Virus record (IMG/VR): IMGVR_UViG_3300045996_000470
Span: 98,667-121,203 of that record
Length of the DNA: 22,537 nt
Strand: one strand, 5' to 3'
DNA from: a virus
Lineage: Duplodnaviria; Heunggongvirae; Uroviricota; Caudoviricetes
A program made the position numbers and the translations under genes. The notes beneath the pieces are model-generated. The model did no database searches. It saw only the letters and a program-made list of their open reading frames with translations, and was not told the origin of the DNA. Positions 22,180-22,537 of the stretch are shown one piece after another (the stretch's first letter is position 1; every line of letters begins with the position of its first letter).

Positions 22180-22227
22180 CCCACTAGTGGGAAATACTCT
22201 TGACAATTATACAAAGTAGTGTATTAT
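22180..22227 (+). promoter_or_regulatory. palindrome plus leaderless promoter
   Basis: CCCACTAGTGGG (22180-22191); TTGACA(22200)-16-TATTAT(22222-22227); ATG at 22234. Confidence 0.8.
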
Positions 22228-22233
22228 TATACT

Positions 22234-22537
22234 ATGAACGTTAAACATAAAGAGGTTGGACTTCAGCCTAACGTGAAGTTAATTTTGAGCAAGGTTTCTG
22301 GAATGTTTTCTGGAACTCCAAGCGATGTTGTTAGTCGGGCGTTGGCTGTTCTTAATCGCGTTGCGGGTGAGGACACTAACATTGGATTCCGTAACAAGAT
22401 TACGGGAAAGGGTACTCTGCTTGGAAGTGTTGTGGTCATTGACCTTAGCATTCCGTTGGGAAGTCGCAAGATTAACTCATCGGACGAGTTGCAGTTTAAT
22501 CAGCGTGTTGCTATGGCTTTGAATCGGGAGTTTGGTA
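22234..22537 (+). CDS. hypothetical protein (partial, runs off the right edge)
   Basis: Hand translation MNVKHKEVGLQPNVKLILSKVSGMFSG...ALNREFG, open to the window end. Confidence 0.7.
   Translation, partial: MNVKHKEVGLQPNVKLILSKVSGMFSGTPSDVVSRALAVLNRVAGEDTNIGFRNKITGKGTLLGSVVVIDLSIPLGSRKINSSDELQFNQRVAMALNREFG

Noticed and set aside
11392-22215. Recurrent TTATACA(A) as DnaA boxes
   Set aside because: Mismatched to TTATNCACA, expected by chance in AT-rich DNA, and often part of promoter spacers or -10 boxes.
1-22537. Stop-codon reassignment (alternative genetic code)
   Set aside because: The standard code gives long intact genes (DnaN, PcfJ) and tight stop/start coupling using TAA, TAG and TGA.

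Overview
AT-rich, densely packed DNA that looks like part of a large tailed-phage genome. This is inferred from the gene content; I found no structural, integrase, tRNA or CRISPR features. The window has two halves facing away from a repeat-rich non-coding region at about 11.9-13.4 kb. The left half (1-12.8 kb, minus strand) is a tightly coupled run of about 40 small genes leading to a DNA polymerase III beta sliding clamp (dnaN, cut by the window edge). It includes SLOG, PLA2-like, YegP/DUF1508, DUF550-like dNTP pyrophosphohydrolase, GIY-YIG, HNH and RHH-like proteins, plus many Zn-ribbon microproteins. The central region has nine co-oriented ACGAGGTG octamers, a T-rich tract, 25-bp tandem repeats and two strong promoters with no ORF behind them. 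The right half (13.9-22.5 kb, mostly plus strand) is a cassette-like array in which most genes have their own sigma70-type promoter. These promoters usually have a 16-bp spacer and an ATG 5-8 nt after the -10 box (leaderless), and five are preceded by a CCCACTAGTGGG palindrome. This half carries two PcfJ-like paralogs, an inverted Gp88-like gene and several SH3/KOW-like small proteins. All protein calls come from motif recognition by eye; no database searches were run.
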